A DNA stretch of 63,376 bases, the filler included, from Olpidium bornovanus S191 (lineage: Eukaryota > Fungi > Olpidiomycota), in assembly GCA_017911155.1 (NCBI GenBank). It is 30 parts of 30 records of this genome, joined end to end, with 100 filler letters (N's around TTAATTAATTAA, not from the genome) between each part and the next. Parts side by side here need not be neighbours in the genome. Positions count along the whole stretch, not along the records: positions 60,101 to 62,275 come from JAEFCI010004962.1; positions 62,376 to 63,376 come from JAEFCI010005869.1; 28 more parts are not named here. One strand, given 5' to 3'. The notes under the pieces were generated by a model. The model worked only from the letters and a program-made list of their open reading frames with translations, was not told the origin of the DNA and ran no database searches. Positions 60,276 through 63,376 of the stretch are shown piece by piece. Made by a program: the position numbers and the translations under genes. Numbering within the stretch: position 1 is the first letter of the stretch; every line of letters starts with the position of its first letter.

Positions 60276-62011
60276 TTAGTTTCCGTGCATCTCGCTGGCG
60301 ACGTCGGACCAGCTGCACTCGGACGCGACGGTGAGGGCCTCGTGCGGGTCGTTGGCGGCAACGCTTCTCGCGCTCGGCGAACCCATTTCGGGATGACCGA
60401 CGGATCCGAACCCGCTCTCCTCGTCGGCCTTCGCCGCCGAGGCGGCGGACAGAGGCGACGAGACGGCCGCGGCCGCGTTCTCCCTGCCGTTGGCGACGGG
60501 GGAAGAGCGGGACGCGGCGGAGTCGGTGGACGCCGAACTTCCGTTACGGCAGCCGTCGCGCAGTCCCTCCCGGCCCGGGGAGCCGCCGTTCCCGCCGCCG
60601 GGTAGAGGCGCGACGCTCGCCAACATCAGCGCCTCCCGTTCGAAAGCGAGTCCGTTCGCGCACGAGCGGTCGGCGGGCGGCGGCGGCGGCGGCGGCGCCG
60701 AAGCCGGGCGGGGAAGCGGGGCAGGCGAAGCGGCGGCGGCGGGGGGGAAGCCGTTCTCGGCGCACTCGTCGCCGCCGGAATTTCCGGCGAGGAGGACCCC
60801 GCGCCCCGGAAACGCCGAGTTCCCGGATTCCGGCGCAAGCGACAGGCTGCGCGATGCGACGCGGGCGGCAAGGTCTTCAAGTGCGCGCTCCTGGTCGGCG
60901 AGCGAGGCCCACCTGCGCTCGATCTCCTGCTCCAGGGCGTTCAGATACGACAGCTCCGACTGCAGCTCTTCCTCGCCCCGTTCCGGCACGCGGCGGAGTT
61001 TCTGCATCATCAGGGGGCCACCCCCACCGGCCTTGTCAGTGGTCGAGACAGCGGCATCGTTGACGGAGGTAGTATTCGCGTCATTATTAGGGGCACCCTC
61101 AAACATCATTGTCATATTTGACTTCGTCTCGTATTGAGGCATCTCCCTGAGGTCAATCATGTCAACCTAGCGGTGGGAAGATCAAATAGCGGGGCACCAG
61201 ATTCAGAATCGTATTTGGGGGCATACCAACTTTGGGGAGTGCGCGAGACTGACGTCGGAAGCAGGCGGAACTCGGCTCTGCTGTGGCTGATCGGCGACAC
61301 ATTCCTGCATCAAGTAACGAACACTGTCGTTGCGAAGCTCGGGAAGGCGGGTTAGCGCGTAAGCGGAAAAACTGTGAGCAGGAAAACCCGCGGCCAGGCG
61401 GGGCAATAGCTCGGACCTTGCGTCGAGGTCTCCGTCGAAACTCTGGACGATGAACAAGGCCACGCCGGGGTCGACGGCGGGAAATACTTCGCGCAGGCGG
61501 CGAGATTTGTCGGCGTTGGTCTACAGTGTCGACGGCCCGTTCCGCACGCACCGTACGGGCCGGAGGTTGAGCGCACGGAAACGGGGCACACTATTCCCTT
61601 CACACCCCCCCCCCCGCCGCCCCTCCTCCTTCCCCGGGGTCAACGCCCGTTACACCCCAGGGCTTCGCGCGGCAAATTTGCGTTGGCTTCAACAGGGCCA
61701 CAAGTTCCCTCTCTCCGGCGACGTACCATACACTCATCCAGATCGCTGCGGCGGTCCTCGCTGCGCCGGCGCTGCCTCGGCCCATCCCCGCCCGCCCGCG
61801 CGTCGAACCCGGACGTGCTCGCGGTGTCCGTGCCACCCCTGCCCCCACCGCCTCCCTCTCTCCGTTTCTCGTTCCGTTCAGGCCCCGGCGAAGCATAACT
61901 GTTAGTGTGTGGCTGCTCACGAGCATTCTGCGGCTTGACGACATGATAAAGAAGTACCCCGGCTCCGACGACAATCGCGCACTTGACGAAAGCAACTATT
62001 ACGCTCGCCAT
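60276..62011 (-). CDS. Membrane-anchored CUE-domain protein with downstream coiled coil
   Basis: N-terminal hydrophobic VIVAFVKCAIVVGAGVLLYHVV; spliced RLREVFPAVDPGVALFIVQSFDGDLDA|SVRYLMQ fits the CUE consensus (FP motif); coiled coil ELSYLNALEQEIERRWASLADQERALEDL. Confidence 0.6.
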
Positions 62012-62507
62012 ACGATCGTTTCGCCAAAACCTCAGAAGTTCCGAAAGGGACGCGCCGGTCGACAAACGCGAGACGGTTTTGCCGGGAAAGCGGGAAGGGG
62101 AGGAGGGAAACTGGCGGGGTGAGTCACGTGATCTACTGCCAACCGGCTCCTAATGTTTCTGAGTCGGGAAAGCCCCCGGCCTGGGCAAGTGCGACCGCTA
62201 AGGAAAATCTCGTTCTGACCCAGAAAATCCGGGAAATTGCTCTGCATTCCACCATTTAAAAGGCAGAATGCATGCNNNNNNNNNNNNNNNNNNNNNNNNN
62301 NNNNNNNNNNNNNNNNNNNTTAATTAATTAANNNNNNNNNNNNNNNNNNNNNNNNNNNNNNNNNNNNNNNNNNNNCCATCGGGTCAATCATCCAATGGAC
62401 GAGACGAGACGAGGTTTCTTTTTTGTTCTGCTGTCCTCTAGGCTAGCAAGTCTTTCCTATGGATGAGATCGCTTGGAAACCGTAACTTCCGTAACTTCTT
62501 AAGTCGC

Positions 62508-62780
62508 TCAATAGACCCCCTTCTTATATCCCTTTCCCTTGCCGTAGCCCCAGCCCCCCTTCTTGCCGAAGCCTTTCTTGCCGAAGCCTTTCTTGCCCTT
62601 GCCCTTGCCCCTCCCGAAACCGTAGCCTCCGTAGCCCTTGCCCTTGCCCTTGCCGAAGCCGTAACCGCCAAGGGGGAAAGGCTCCGGGGCGGGAGCCGGA
62701 GCGGGGTCAGGGTGGGGCTCGGCGCAGCTGACCTGGGCGAGGACGGCGATGGCGACGGCAATGATTACGGCAAACTTCAT
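62508..62780 (-). CDS. Secreted prepro-peptide: signal peptide, (X-Pro)8 propeptide, 54-aa Gly/Lys/aromatic cationic peptide
   Basis: Intronless ATG-to-TGA ORF MKFAVIIAVAIAVLAQVSCA-EPHPDPAPAPAPEPFP-LGGYGFGKGKGKGYGGYGFGRGKGKGKKGFGKKGFGKKGGWGYGKGKGYKKGVY; A at -3; varied synonymous codons argue against a simple DNA repeat. Confidence 0.9.
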   Translation of the reverse strand: MKFAVIIAVAIAVLAQVSCAEPHPDPAPAPAPEPFPLGGYGFGKGKGKGYGGYGFGRGKGKGKKGFGKKGFGKKGGWGYGKGKGYKKGVY

Positions 62781-63061
62781 CTTTTGCTTTTTTTGTGTGT
62801 ATTTGGCTTTCGGGAGACCTGGCGGAACGGGCTGAGGGAAGCCTTTGTTCGGTGAAGGGTGGTTTTTGCGGTGAAACGCCGCGCGAAGTTAAGCAGTCGG
62901 TTAGAGGGGAAAGGAGGTTGGAGATTTCGCCGACAGTCGAGCACCGCCTGCCCAGGGTTTGGCGGGAGGACAATCGAGGCCGCTTGGCGCCGCGGAGTCC
63001 CGCGCGGAGGTTACTTGGGCTTTTTACTTCCTTTTTTTTTTGTCTCTCCGCCGGCTCTGCC

Positions 63062-63179
63062 TGCGACCGGATGCGCCAGGAAAAACAGGTGCCCCACTCA
63101 CCTATTCGTCCGGTGGGTCAGCGACCGGATGCGCCAGGAAAAACAGGTGCCCCACTCACCTATTCGTCCGGTGGTCAGG
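63062..63179. repeat. 59-bp tandem duplication upstream of the secreted peptide gene
   Basis: gcgaccggatgcgccaggaaaaacaggtgccccactcacctattcgtccggtgg twice. Confidence 0.95.
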
Positions 63180-63227
63180 TTTTGTGGAATGGGCGGTGGA
63201 GAATGCCGGGACGGCGCGCGTCCGCGC

Positions 63228-63240
63228 GGTTTATATATGA
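63228..63240 (-). promoter_or_regulatory. Candidate TATA box (TATATAAAA on minus strand) for the secreted peptide gene
   Basis: Isolated AT-rich ttttatatat in GC-rich flank, about 450 bp upstream of the ATG, correct orientation. Confidence 0.45.
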
Positions 63241-63376
63241 CCCGGCGGCGCTCGGCGGCTTTTTTGGCGCCGCCCTTTGCCCAAGCTTTTTCGCGCGCGC
63301 ACGGTGTGTTCCCATCGTCAGCTGCCGCGTCGCGCGCCGCACCCCCCCCCCCCCCCCCCCCCCGCGAGCCAGGCCC

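Noticed and set aside
1-63376. Gene cluster or operon-like system formed by neighbouring genes
   Set aside because: Genes lie on 30 separate contigs joined by artificial spacers; only genes within one contig are truly adjacent.
1-63376. rRNA, tRNA, snRNA or telomeric repeats
   Set aside because: No recognisable conserved motifs found by eye; a covariance-model scan was not possible.

Overview
This is not a contiguous locus. It is 30 short assembly contigs (about 1-10 kb) joined by 29 artificial 100-nt spacers (N44-TTAATTAATTAA-N44), so neighbourhood across spacers means nothing. The DNA is GC-rich, intron-rich and eukaryotic. Fungal-type genes (Ssk1, Osh3, WSC sensor, fungal HMG1 membrane domain) occur alongside ciliary genes (IFT172, IFT140, CEP131), pointing to a flagellated early-diverging fungus (Olpidium-like is my unverified inference). 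Most ORF-track entries are shadows of low-complexity runs. Recognisable, mostly partial genes are KDM5 (split over two contigs), a bacterial-type chorismate mutase-prephenate dehydratase, TOR, OSH3, CK2 beta, SSK1, HMG1, ArgRS, a WSC sensor, IFT172, CEP131, PRP40, a flavin oxidoreductase, IFT140, MTQ2, Argonaute and a TM-CUE protein; there is also a Copia remnant and several tandem repeats. The best leads are: (1) a complete 90-aa secreted precursor with signal peptide, eight perfect X-Pro dipeptides and a 54-aa Gly/Lys/aromatic peptide of net charge about +16; (2) an ArgRS with an N-terminal GST-like domain; (3) a PUFA-isomerase-like flavoenzyme that continues into a possible adenylation domain; (4) an intron-containing proteobacterial-style P-protein. 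All family assignments come from motif recognition by eye, not database searches, and exon boundaries are approximate.
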